DNA of 54,653 bases, taken from Bacteroidales bacterium (GTDB taxonomy: Bacteria > Bacteroidota > Bacteroidia > Bacteroidales > Bacteroidaceae). The stretch lies in assembly GCA_004555055.1 (NCBI GenBank), contig SFJN01000004.1, positions 1 through 54,653 on the forward strand, written 5' to 3'. Made by a program: the position numbers and the translations under genes. The stretch's first letter is position 1; each line of letters begins with the position of its first letter. Of the stretch, positions 1 to 8,056 are shown in pieces. Under the pieces are notes generated by a model, which worked only from the letters and a program-made list of their open reading frames with translations, made no database searches and had not been told where the DNA came from.

Positions 1-99
1 CACTTAACGAAAACCTTGGTATTGCTACCTTGGTTTTCTCCGTTCGGCATAGTCTGAGTCAAGACTCATCCTCTGCTCTCACTTAACGAAAACCTTGGT
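1..99 (-). repeat. Structured gene-end element, copy A: 59 bp core between 20 bp direct repeats; may continue beyond the window edge
   Basis: CACTTAACGAAAACCTTGGT occurs at 1-20 and 80-99. The minus-strand core AGAGCAGAGGATGAGTCTTGACTCAGACTATGCCGAACGGAGAAAACCAAGGTAGCAAT is homologous to the units at 5418-5588. Confidence 0.85.
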
Positions 100-2343
100 G
101 CCGTCCACGATTCTGAGGCCTTGTCCGTTGCGTCGCGAGGGGCGTCCGTTGAGGTCGTAAATCTTCTGTACGGGGTGCCCGGTGGCTGTGGGTACCTGTG
201 CTACGGCATCCGGTTCCTGCACGAGGTCCACCTTCCAGAACGAAGCACCGTTGCTGGTGCCGTGGGCAAAGAGGCGGGCGTGGGAGGCGTTGTTCACATT
301 GTTGTTCACCGCTACATCCTTGTTAGCCGCCAGACAGATGGCCACATAGCCCGACATGGTGGTTTCGTCGAAGGTCCAGGCCGTCTTCTTGGTGCCCAGG
401 GTGACGGTGCTGCCGCTGGCAGTGCCCGAGGCGTTAAGGTACTTTCCGCTCTCATTGCTGAGGATGTAGTACTCGCCATCCTTTTCGGCAGCCTCGAGTT
501 TCCATTCCGTACAGGCGTCGCCCTGTCCGTTCAAGGTGCCGTTCTGGTCGGCAAGGCATCGCGGACGGTCGGTACTCTGGTTGGTGAACTTCACTACAGC
601 ACCGTCGGCAATGGGGTTTTTGTACACACGGTGCACATAGTTGTCCATCCAGTGACGTCCGTAGACATATCCGCCGGCATCCAGCATTTCTGTGTCGCGC
701 GTCAGACGCGTCTTGAAGTCATTCCAATTCTTGCGGCCCTGTGTGCTCCATCCCGCTTCTGCCACGCAGATGAGTCGGGGGAGGGCAAGGTATTCGAGGT
801 ATTCGTCGGACGATACGTGTTCCGTCCAAAACGTTCCCTGCACACCGATGTAATGCTTTGCATTCGCCGCCGTAACATTGTCCGGCACGGGCACGTAGTT
901 GTAGCATCCCTCCACGGTGTCGTCGCCGTATCCTGCACCGGAAGGTTCGCCGTAGTCGTTGCTCTGCCGGCGGTTGATGTAGTATCCTCCCGTGCTGCTG
1001 TGGTATTCGGTGATGATGGCGTCGAGTCCCAGTTCTGCAGCCTTGGCGGCACCGCCCTGGCAGGGGTTCCAGCACATGATGGTGGCTCCGGTCTCCTTCA
1101 TGAGTTGCAGGTCGGCACCACCGGCGGTGACACTCTCGTTCCAGCAGAAGAGGCGCTTGCCCTTAGTGCCGACGAAGTCCGACATCTCCTTGATGAAGTG
1201 CGTCTGCAACGCGCGGTAGCTCGAAAGTCCCAGCTCCTTCATCTTCTGCTGGCAGAGGGCATTGCTTTCCCACTGCGATGTGGGGCACTCGTCGCCGCCG
1301 ATATGGATGTAGGGGTAGGGGAAGATGTCGCAGAGCTCGCCGAGGATGTTCTGTGCGAATTCCACTGCCTTGGGGTCGGCCACATTGAGGACGTTCGACG
1401 AGATGCCGCCGTTAATCCATACCGAGGGCGGATTGGCAGGTGTGCAGCTGTATTCGGGATATGCAGCCATGGCGGCTACAAAATGTCCCGGCATGTCCAC
1501 CTCGGGGAGCACGTCGATGTGGCGTTCGGCAGCATAGGCCACCACCTCGCGCATTTCGTCCTGGGTGTAGAAATAGGGGCCGTAGGTCTTGCCGGTATAG
1601 GCGCCTTCGCCCGTCCACCAATAGTTGTCGACCATATAGATGTCCGTGTTCCAACTGTTGGAACGTGTGGCCCCCACGGTGGTAAGTTTGGGGTACTGCT
1701 TGATTTCGGCACGCCATCCCTGGTCGTCGGTCAGGTGCCAGTGGAAGACGTTCATCTTGTAGATGGCCATGATGTCGAGCATCTTCTTGATCTCCTCCAC
1801 GCTGAAGAAGTGCCGGCTGACGTCGAGCATAAAGCCGCGGTATGCAAAGCGGGCGTTGTCGGTTATGGTGGCCACGGGAAGGAAATACTCCGTCCCTTCG
1901 GCTCCCGGGATGCCCAGGGCCACATTGGCGGGGAGCATCTTGCGGATGCTGAGCAGACCATAATAGAAACCCTTGCGGGTGAGGGATGTGAGCGTAATGC
2001 CGTCTTCCTTCATCACAAGGCGGTATCCTTCGTTGCCGACATTCGAGGCCACGCCGGTATACTGTGCAATTTTGAGGAATGCCTCGTCGGTCTGGTGGAC
2101 AAGGCTTACGCTATAGCCCGGCATACTGGCGTTGAGGATGTCGACGAAGCGTTGTGCCTCCTCCATCACGCTGTCGCCAAGTGCGGCGTCCACGCCCACG
2201 CTGAACGCGGTGGGCAGGGTGCAGCGTCCGTCGTAGGTGAGGAGGTTTTTCGGACGTGGTGTAAGGTTTACGAATTCTTTTTCCGCCTTTGCGGGCAGCA
2301 GTCCAAGCATGGCTGCCAGCAGGCATAGGATAAGGTTTTTCAT
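79..2343 (-). CDS. GH20 beta-N-acetylhexosaminidase, secreted, with C-terminal accessory (possibly beta-trefoil) domain and short T9SS-like tail
   Basis: GH20 motifs YRGFMLDVSRHF, FHWHLTDDQGWR and catalytic HIGGDE. Start moved to MKNLILCLL (ATG at 2343), which gives a signal peptide. Tail is IYDLNGR...IVDGTKVFVK. Confidence 0.93.
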   Translation of the reverse strand: MKNLILCLLAAMLGLLPAKAEKEFVNLTPRPKNLLTYDGRCTLPTAFSVGVDAALGDSVMEEAQRFVDILNASMPGYSVSLVHQTDEAFLKIAQYTGVASNVGNEGYRLVMKEDGITLTSLTRKGFYYGLLSIRKMLPANVALGIPGAEGTEYFLPVATITDNARFAYRGFMLDVSRHFFSVEEIKKMLDIMAIYKMNVFHWHLTDDQGWRAEIKQYPKLTTVGATRSNSWNTDIYMVDNYWWTGEGAYTGKTYGPYFYTQDEMREVVAYAAERHIDVLPEVDMPGHFVAAMAAYPEYSCTPANPPSVWINGGISSNVLNVADPKAVEFAQNILGELCDIFPYPYIHIGGDECPTSQWESNALCQQKMKELGLSSYRALQTHFIKEMSDFVGTKGKRLFCWNESVTAGGADLQLMKETGATIMCWNPCQGGAAKAAELGLDAIITEYHSSTGGYYINRRQSNDYGEPSGAGYGDDTVEGCYNYVPVPDNVTAANAKHYIGVQGTFWTEHVSSDEYLEYLALPRLICVAEAGWSTQGRKNWNDFKTRLTRDTEMLDAGGYVYGRHWMDNYVHRVYKNPIADGAVVKFTNQSTDRPRCLADQNGTLNGQGDACTEWKLEAAEKDGEYYILSNESGKYLNASGTASGSTVTLGTKKTAWTFDETTMSGYVAICLAANKDVAVNNNVNNASHARLFAHGTSNGASFWKVDLVQEPDAVAQVPTATGHPVQKIYDLNGRPSRRNGQGLRIVDGTKVFVK

Positions 2344-2401
2344 AGTATATACGTGTTTGTAGTGTATCTCTTTTGTTGCGTTGCAATGCAGCAGAAAAGG
2401 G

Positions 2402-3568
2402 TCAGTGGCAGGTTCGCCCGCAGAAGATGATGCTGTGGCGCGAGGGGGTGTAGGTGCCCAGTTCGAAAGGCTTCTGCTGCAGTTCGCTGATGATGTCGCC
2501 ATAGCTGTAGGTTTCGGTGTCGTATGCCACCACCTGCGTGCCCATGGGCGGAGGGGTGGTGGTGTCTTCGAGGCAGGTAATGTCAGCATTCCACACGTCG
2601 GACTTTTCCGCCAGCAGGCTGTGGGTGTCAGCCGGACCGTAATAGCAGATGCGCACAGGGGCCGCATCGGGGTCGGGGAGCAGGTAGTCCGCCATGTTCC
2701 GCATCTTCTGTTTCAACAATGCCATGATGGCCTGTACGAAAATGGCTCCCTGGATAGGCAACGAGAGAAACAAGCTGGTACGGCGGAAATGCTTTCTGAA
2801 GAAGATGAGCATGGCCTTGTAAAACGTGTGGACGTAGCGGTAACTGCCCTTGTAGGTCGATTCGCCCTTATAGTGGATGATGGGCGAAGGGATATACCAG
2901 TTGCGGTATCCTGCCTGGAGAAAGCGGTAGGAGAGGTCGATGTCTTCGCCATACATGAAGAACTGTTCGTCGAATCCCCCCGTCGTCTGCAATGCCTTGT
3001 GGCTGCAGAACATGAACGCTCCGCTGACAATCTCAATCTCTGCGGGATGGTTCTCGTCGAGATAGCGCATATAGTATTGTCCCAGTCGGCGGCTTTTCGG
3101 GAACAGGCTGCACAGTCCGGACATTTTGCAAAATGCCACCCAAGGCGTGGGAAGTCCGCGCCGTGACTCAAAGGAGAACGTGCCGTGCGAAGAAAGCATC
3201 TTCACACCGAGTGCGCCCAAATCGTCGTGGCTCTCGGCAAAACGGAAACATTCGGAAAGCGTATCTTCTGTGATGATGGTGTCGGGATTGAGAAACAGGA
3301 TATAACGTCCCTTCGCACGCCGCAATGCCTGGTTGTTGGCACGTCCGAACCCTACGTTCTGTGTGTTGGCTATCAGATGCAATCGCGGAAAACGGTGAGG
3401 CGGGAAGGAGGCGCGGAGATAGCCCACGGAATGGTCGGAAGAGTCGTTGTCGACCACAAAGACCTCCACGTCGAGACCGCTCTTCCGCACCGAATACCAA
3501 ACGCTCTCAAGACACTGGCGGAGGAAATATCTGACGTTGTATGATACAATAATGATGGAAATATCCAT
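2402..3568 (-). CDS. Glycosyltransferase family 2
   Basis: ISIIIVSYN, VVDNDS, NVGFGRANN, LFLNPD and GGFDEQFFMYGEDIDLSYR motifs. Confidence 0.92.
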   Translation of the reverse strand: MDISIIIVSYNVRYFLRQCLESVWYSVRKSGLDVEVFVVDNDSSDHSVGYLRASFPPHRFPRLHLIANTQNVGFGRANNQALRRAKGRYILFLNPDTIITEDTLSECFRFAESHDDLGALGVKMLSSHGTFSFESRRGLPTPWVAFCKMSGLCSLFPKSRRLGQYYMRYLDENHPAEIEIVSGAFMFCSHKALQTTGGFDEQFFMYGEDIDLSYRFLQAGYRNWYIPSPIIHYKGESTYKGSYRYVHTFYKAMLIFFRKHFRRTSLFLSLPIQGAIFVQAIMALLKQKMRNMADYLLPDPDAAPVRICYYGPADTHSLLAEKSDVWNADITCLEDTTTPPPMGTQVVAYDTETYSYGDIISELQQKPFELGTYTPSRHSIIFCGRTCH

Positions 3569-3590
3569 TTTTTCAAAGACTTTATGCGTG

Positions 3591-3627
3591 CAAAATTACA
3601 CATTATTCCTTAGATTTTTTAACTTTG
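3591..3627. promoter_or_regulatory. Divergent Bacteroidetes housekeeping promoters (-7 boxes) for GT2 and recR
   Basis: TAATTTTG on the minus strand at 3591-3598 and TAACTTTG on the plus strand at 3620-3627 both match TAnnTTTG. Confidence 0.7.
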
Positions 3628-3631
3628 CGCC

Positions 3632-4267
3632 ATGAATTTGGAACAATTCCCCTCAAAACTCCTGGAACGTGCCGTTTCAGAAACCGCCAAACTTCCCGGT
3701 GTAGGCCGTAAATCGGCCCTCCGCCTCGTGCTCCACCTGTTGCGTAAGGATGCCCAGCAGACCCACACTCTGGCTGAGAGTCTGGTGCGACTGCGCGACG
3801 ATGTGCGCTATTGCCGCTGCTGCCATAACATCTCCGACAACGAAATGTGCGATATCTGCAGCAACGAGCGTCGTGACCGCTCTACCATCTGTGTGGTGGA
3901 AAACGTGCAGAACGTCATGGCGGTGGAGGCTACCGGACAGTACAACGGACTGTATCATGTGCTGGGCGGTGTCATCAGTCCGATGGACGGTATTGGTCCC
4001 GGCGACCTGGCTATAGAGTCGCTCATGCAGCGCCTCGGTCAAGGCGAAGTCAGGGAAATCATCTTTGCCCTGAATCCCACCATGGAGGGCGATACCACGA
4101 ATTTCTACCTCTCGCGGCGCATTGCTGCACTCGCGCTTCCCGAAGGGACGCTCCGTCTGTCGGTGCTGGCACGGGGCATCTGCGTGGGCGATGACCTGGA
4201 ATATACAGACGAGGTAACGCTCGGACGCAGCATTGTCGACCGTGTGGCATTCAGGCAGGGAGGTTGA
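3632..4267 (+). CDS. recR: Recombination mediator RecR
   Basis: [12 protein letters not shown]hH, C4 zinc finger and TOPRIM motifs ([25 protein letters not shown]). Confidence 0.97.
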   Translation: MNLEQFPSKLLERAVSETAKLPGVGRKSALRLVLHLLRKDAQQTHTLAESLVRLRDDVRYCRCCHNISDNEMCDICSNERRDRSTICVVENVQNVMAVEATGQYNGLYHVLGGVISPMDGIGPGDLAIESLMQRLGQGEVREIIFALNPTMEGDTTNFYLSRRIAALALPEGTLRLSVLARGICVGDDLEYTDEVTLGRSIVDRVAFRQGG

Positions 4268-4377
4268 AGCGGAAGAATCTCCATCGCCCCTGTAGAGAGG
4301 CTGTGTCCTGCACAGCTTCCATAGCTGCCTTCCAGCCTCTTTTTCCTTACATGTTTATGGAATACCAGAAATAAGAC

Positions 4378-4788
4378 ATGAAATCAGCAAAAGTTCTTTT
4401 TATCGTTGCCTTCCTTGCAGTTGCAATGGTCTTTGCACTCTTTGAATACGGCGTCCTTCCCGTTGCCCTGATACCCGACACCCCCGAGAACCGCTATGCG
4501 GTGGATGTGGCATGTATCCTTACCGGTGTCGGAGGCTTTTTTATCCTTCTTACCATGCTGAAGATACCAGTGGTACGTGCTGCCATACACCAGCCTGATG
4601 GGGTGATGGCCGAGAAAGCCAAGGCACGCTACTGCAACCTCAGAATGCTGCTTTGGATGGTGCTCATACTCTTCAATGCCGTCATGTACTATGAAGCCCC
4701 CATGACGCGCAACCCCACATACTGTGTGTTGATGCTTTTTGTGGCAGGAGTGTTCTGTTGGCCCAAGACGGCTGATGAAGAAGAATGA
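4378..4788 (+). CDS. Hypothetical membrane protein (about 4 TM helices)
   Basis: 136 aa ORF with four hydrophobic segments and an A-rich upstream region, co-oriented in the operon. Confidence 0.75.
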   Translation: MKSAKVLFIVAFLAVAMVFALFEYGVLPVALIPDTPENRYAVDVACILTGVGGFFILLTMLKIPVVRAAIHQPDGVMAEKAKARYCNLRMLLWMVLILFNAVMYYEAPMTRNPTYCVLMLFVAGVFCWPKTADEEE

Positions 4789-4834
4789 AGTCTGCAGGAA
4801 AACATCCTTTCCCCTTACCCGAAAAAACAGAAAA

Positions 4835-5449
4835 ATGGAAATAAAAACAGCGGAATTTCTCGTATCCTCAAGCCGTGCTGACCAGTGTCCCGATGTGAAC
4901 GGTAAGCCGGAGTATGCGTTTATCGGTCGTTCGAATGTCGGAAAAAGCAGTCTGATCAACATGCTTACACGCCGTAAGGGGCTCGCCATGACATCGTCGA
5001 CACCCGGAAAGACCATGCTCGTCAATCACTTTATTATTAATAATGAGTGGTATCTTGTCGACCTGCCGGGTTACGGATATGCCAAACGCGGAAAAAAGGA
5101 GATGGAGAAACTTTCGAACCTCATCTCGCACTACGTCTGCGACCGTGAAGAACTCACTTGCCTATTCGTGCTCATCGATTCGCGGCTGAAGCCCCAGAAA
5201 ATCGATCTCGAATTCATTGAATGGCTTGGTGAGGAGGGTATCCCATTTGCCATCGTCTTCACCAAGGCCGACAAGAACAAGGCCGGTGAGCTGCGGAAGA
5301 ACGTCGACACCTTCCTCAACACCCTTAAGGAAACGTGGGAAGAACTGCCGCCTCACTTCATCACTTCGAGCGAAAAGGGGCTTGGCCGCAACGAACTTCT
5401 GGCATACATTGAAGAAGTCAACGTTTCGGTAAGCGAGAGCAGAGGCTGA
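4835..5449 (+). CDS. engB: Ribosome biogenesis GTPase EngB/YihA/YsxC
   Basis: [23 protein letters not shown] and TKADK motifs. Start moved to MEIKTAEF. The last codons and the stop lie inside the repeat element. Confidence 0.95.
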   Translation: MEIKTAEFLVSSSRADQCPDVNGKPEYAFIGRSNVGKSSLINMLTRRKGLAMTSSTPGKTMLVNHFIINNEWYLVDLPGYGYAKRGKKEMEKLSNLISHYVCDREELTCLFVLIDSRLKPQKIDLEFIEWLGEEGIPFAIVFTKADKNKAGELRKNVDTFLNTLKETWEELPPHFITSSEKGLGRNELLAYIEEVNVSVSESRG

Positions 5450-5588
5450 GTTTACTCAGACTATGCCGAGCGCAAGAAACGAAGAGCAAGGTTCAACGTT
5501 TCGGTAAGCGAGAGCAGAGGCTGAGTTTACTCAGACTATGCCGAGCGCAAGAAACGAAGAGCAAGGTTCAACGTTTCGGTAAGCGAGA
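5418..5588 (+). repeat. Structured gene-end element, copy B: two exact 75 bp tandem units plus a third copy of the 21 bp duplicated segment
   Basis: TCAACGTTTCGGTAAGCGAGA at 5418, 5493 and 5568, separated by identical GCAGAGGCTGAGTTTACTCAGACTATGCCGAGCGCAAGAAACGAAGAGCAAGGT. Confidence 0.95.
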
Positions 5589-5612
5589 AAGGGGAATCTA
5601 TATTCAGTAAGC

Positions 5613-6797
5613 ATGAAAGTCTGGACAGACAGTATACGCCGAGTGAAAATCGCACTTGTGGTGACAGCGGTAGCCATTGCTGTGGTTTCGCTCGTTGTCA
5701 GCCATATCCTCGTACGCGACCTTCAGCGCGAGGAGGTGGAGCGTATGGAAGTCTGGGCCGAAGCCATGCGGTCGCTTATCAATGCCGACGAGAATACCGA
5801 CCTCAATCTGGTGCTCAAAGTCATCAACGGCAACCATTCCATACCCCTTATGGTCGTGGACGAGACGGGTGCCGTTACCATACACCGCAATATTCCCTTT
5901 GCCGATTTCAGTACAGAAGATTCCATCCAGCAAGTTGAAAATTTCCTCCATCGCATGCAGCGTGAGGGCGAAAAGATGGAAGTGAAGTTCACTGCTGAAA
6001 CGGAAACCGGAACCCCAAAGGCCGCGCGTCTTGAAATTTGGTATGAAGATTCCCTCCTTCTGCGTCGTCTGGCATGGTTCCCCTTTGTGCAGCTTGGTGT
6101 GGTGGGACTCTTTGTCGTCATTGCTGTTTTTGCTCTTCTTTCTTCGAAACGTGCAGAACAGAGCAAGGTGTGGGTAGGACTTTCCAAGGAGACCGCGCAC
6201 CAGCTCGGTACCCCCATCTCCTCGCTCATGGCATGGACCGAAGTGCTCGGCGAACTGTATGAGGGTGATGAGATGATAGCCGAGATGAAAAAGGATGTGA
6301 AGCGTCTGGAACTCATTGCCGAACGTTTTTCGAAAATCGGTAGTGTGCCTGAACTCAAAGTTGGCAACCTGTGCGAGGTCATTGACCATGTGGTGTCCTA
6401 TATCCGTCGTCGTACCTCGGACGATGTGGTAATGGAATGCCGTTTCCCGGAAGACCGCCGTGCGACGCTTCCCCTATGTGCTCCGTTGCTCGAATGGGTG
6501 GTAGAGGTGCTGTGCAAGAATGCAATCGATGCAATGGCTGGCAGCGGAAGCATTACCATCACCGTCTTTCGCAGCAGTTGGCAGTGGGTTGTCGATGTCA
6601 AGGATACAGGAAAAGGCATTCCCAATAAACACCTCAAGACTGTCTTCAAGCCAGGATTCACCACCAAGCAACGAGGATGGGGACTCGGGCTGTCGCTAGC
6701 CAAGCGTATTGTTGAGGAATACCATGGCGGGCGCATCTATGTAAAAGCGTCCGAGATGGGTGTGGGGACCACTTTCCGCATCGAACTCAAGGCCTGA
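5613..6797 (+). CDS. Membrane sensor histidine kinase (orphan)
   Basis: Two TM segments, H-box ETAHQLGTPISSL, N-box KNAIDAM, and G boxes DTGKGI and GWGLGLSL. Confidence 0.93.
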   Translation: MKVWTDSIRRVKIALVVTAVAIAVVSLVVSHILVRDLQREEVERMEVWAEAMRSLINADENTDLNLVLKVINGNHSIPLMVVDETGAVTIHRNIPFADFSTEDSIQQVENFLHRMQREGEKMEVKFTAETETGTPKAARLEIWYEDSLLLRRLAWFPFVQLGVVGLFVVIAVFALLSSKRAEQSKVWVGLSKETAHQLGTPISSLMAWTEVLGELYEGDEMIAEMKKDVKRLELIAERFSKIGSVPELKVGNLCEVIDHVVSYIRRRTSDDVVMECRFPEDRRATLPLCAPLLEWVVEVLCKNAIDAMAGSGSITITVFRSSWQWVVDVKDTGKGIPNKHLKTVFKPGFTTKQRGWGLGLSLAKRIVEEYHGGRIYVKASEMGVGTTFRIELKA

Positions 6798-6921
6798 CGC
6801 CATCGTCTGCCAAAGGCCTAAACACCCCTTTTTTGAAATGTTAATTGGATGTTTAGCGGATGTAAATGTGAGAAATCAATACAAATTCTTTAAAAATGTC
6901 GGGAATACCGGGGCTAAATGT

Positions 6922-6929
6922 TAATTTTG
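6922..6929 (+). promoter_or_regulatory. Putative -7 promoter box upstream of wza
   Basis: TAATTTTG in an AT-rich intergenic region. Confidence 0.5.
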
Positions 6930-7173
6930 CAATGCGTTTTGCGATGTATGCACACAGTAAGACGAAGTCTTGATGCGGAGGTATACCGCCTTCGGTCGCT
7001 CCGGTACGCACGTTTTCCCTGCTGACTGCTTTGGGAAACTACCGACGGGAAATAGCCATGGGGCATGTATATCGGTACGACAACCGGTCTCTAAACTATC
7101 GAAAGCCAAAGGGACCCGGAAGTTCCATCCCCTTGTATTGCAATCTGAAAAACAAAAAATCCAAGATAATTCC

Positions 7174-7995
7174 ATGAGATTCTTCAAGTTCATTGCGGCA
7201 GTAGCCCTTTTCATTTCCTTGGCATCTTGTGCATCTTATGACAAAGTGCCGTATTTCCAGGACCTGAACAGCGAGGCCAATCTTCCCACCCTCAATGCCA
7301 CGGACTATACGCTGAGGTTGGCACCGGCAGACATGATTAATATTGTTGTCAGTTCGGCCCTCAGTCCGGAAATCGCCACCAGCTTCAACCTTCCCCTGCA
7401 GTCGAACCGCATCGGTGCGCCCGCCGGACAGGTCAGCGCACAGAGCACACAGTCGACCATGCCCTATCTCATTGATTCGAATGGCAATATCGACTTCCCT
7501 GTTGTAGGAAAGATTCATGTCGCAGGCAGCACCCGTGAAGAAGTGGAGACCATCATCAAGAATATCCTTGTGGAACAGAAACTGCTGAACGATGCTGTTG
7601 TCACCTGCCAGGTGATGAACCAGTACATCAATGTCATCGGTGATGTAAAGACTCCCGGAAGAATCCAGATTGACAAGGACAATCTGACCATCGTGGAAGC
7701 CCTTGCCAAGTGCGGAGACCTCAATATCACCGGCGAACGCCACAATGTCACCGTCATCCGTCGCGTCGGAGACCAACAGAAGGTCTATCATGTTGACCTC
7801 ACCAGTGCCCAGGATGTGTTCGGCTCGCCTGTATATTACCTTCTGCCCAACGACATCGTATACGTTAATCCCAATAAAACGAAGCAACGCACCAGCACAC
7901 CGAACGGTAATACCTGGCAGAGCCCGCTCATCTACATCTCCACCTTCTCCATGCTGATGTCCATCGCCACCACCATCGTGGCATTGACCAAATAA
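7174..7995 (+). CDS. wza: Polysaccharide export outer-membrane lipoprotein (Wza/OPX family)
   Basis: Lipobox LASC after start MRFFKF. Poly_export motif YLIDSNGNIDFPVVGKIHVAG and SLBB domain. Confidence 0.9.
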   Translation: MRFFKFIAAVALFISLASCASYDKVPYFQDLNSEANLPTLNATDYTLRLAPADMINIVVSSALSPEIATSFNLPLQSNRIGAPAGQVSAQSTQSTMPYLIDSNGNIDFPVVGKIHVAGSTREEVETIIKNILVEQKLLNDAVVTCQVMNQYINVIGDVKTPGRIQIDKDNLTIVEALAKCGDLNITGERHNVTVIRRVGDQQKVYHVDLTSAQDVFGSPVYYLLPNDIVYVNPNKTKQRTSTPNGNTWQSPLIYISTFSMLMSIATTIVALTK

Positions 7996-8056
7996 AGGGG
8001 AAATATACGTTACGGCACATTATTAGCACAACATTCCTCATACATACAAATCCGAC

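Noticed and set aside
121..2328. 735 aa plus-strand ORF, and similar long antisense ORFs such as 25806-26990, 31681-32682 and 48835-50346
   Set aside because: These are shadow frames of well-supported genes with no recognisable motifs.
79..2667. ORF-track upstream extensions of GH20, engB, wza, pepO, ABC-F and M23
   Set aside because: The extensions overlap neighbouring genes or promoters; internal ATGs give proper signal peptides or family N-termini.
5418..5588. CRISPR array
   Set aside because: The intervening segments are identical, the repeat overlaps a coding end, and there is no leader or cas gene.
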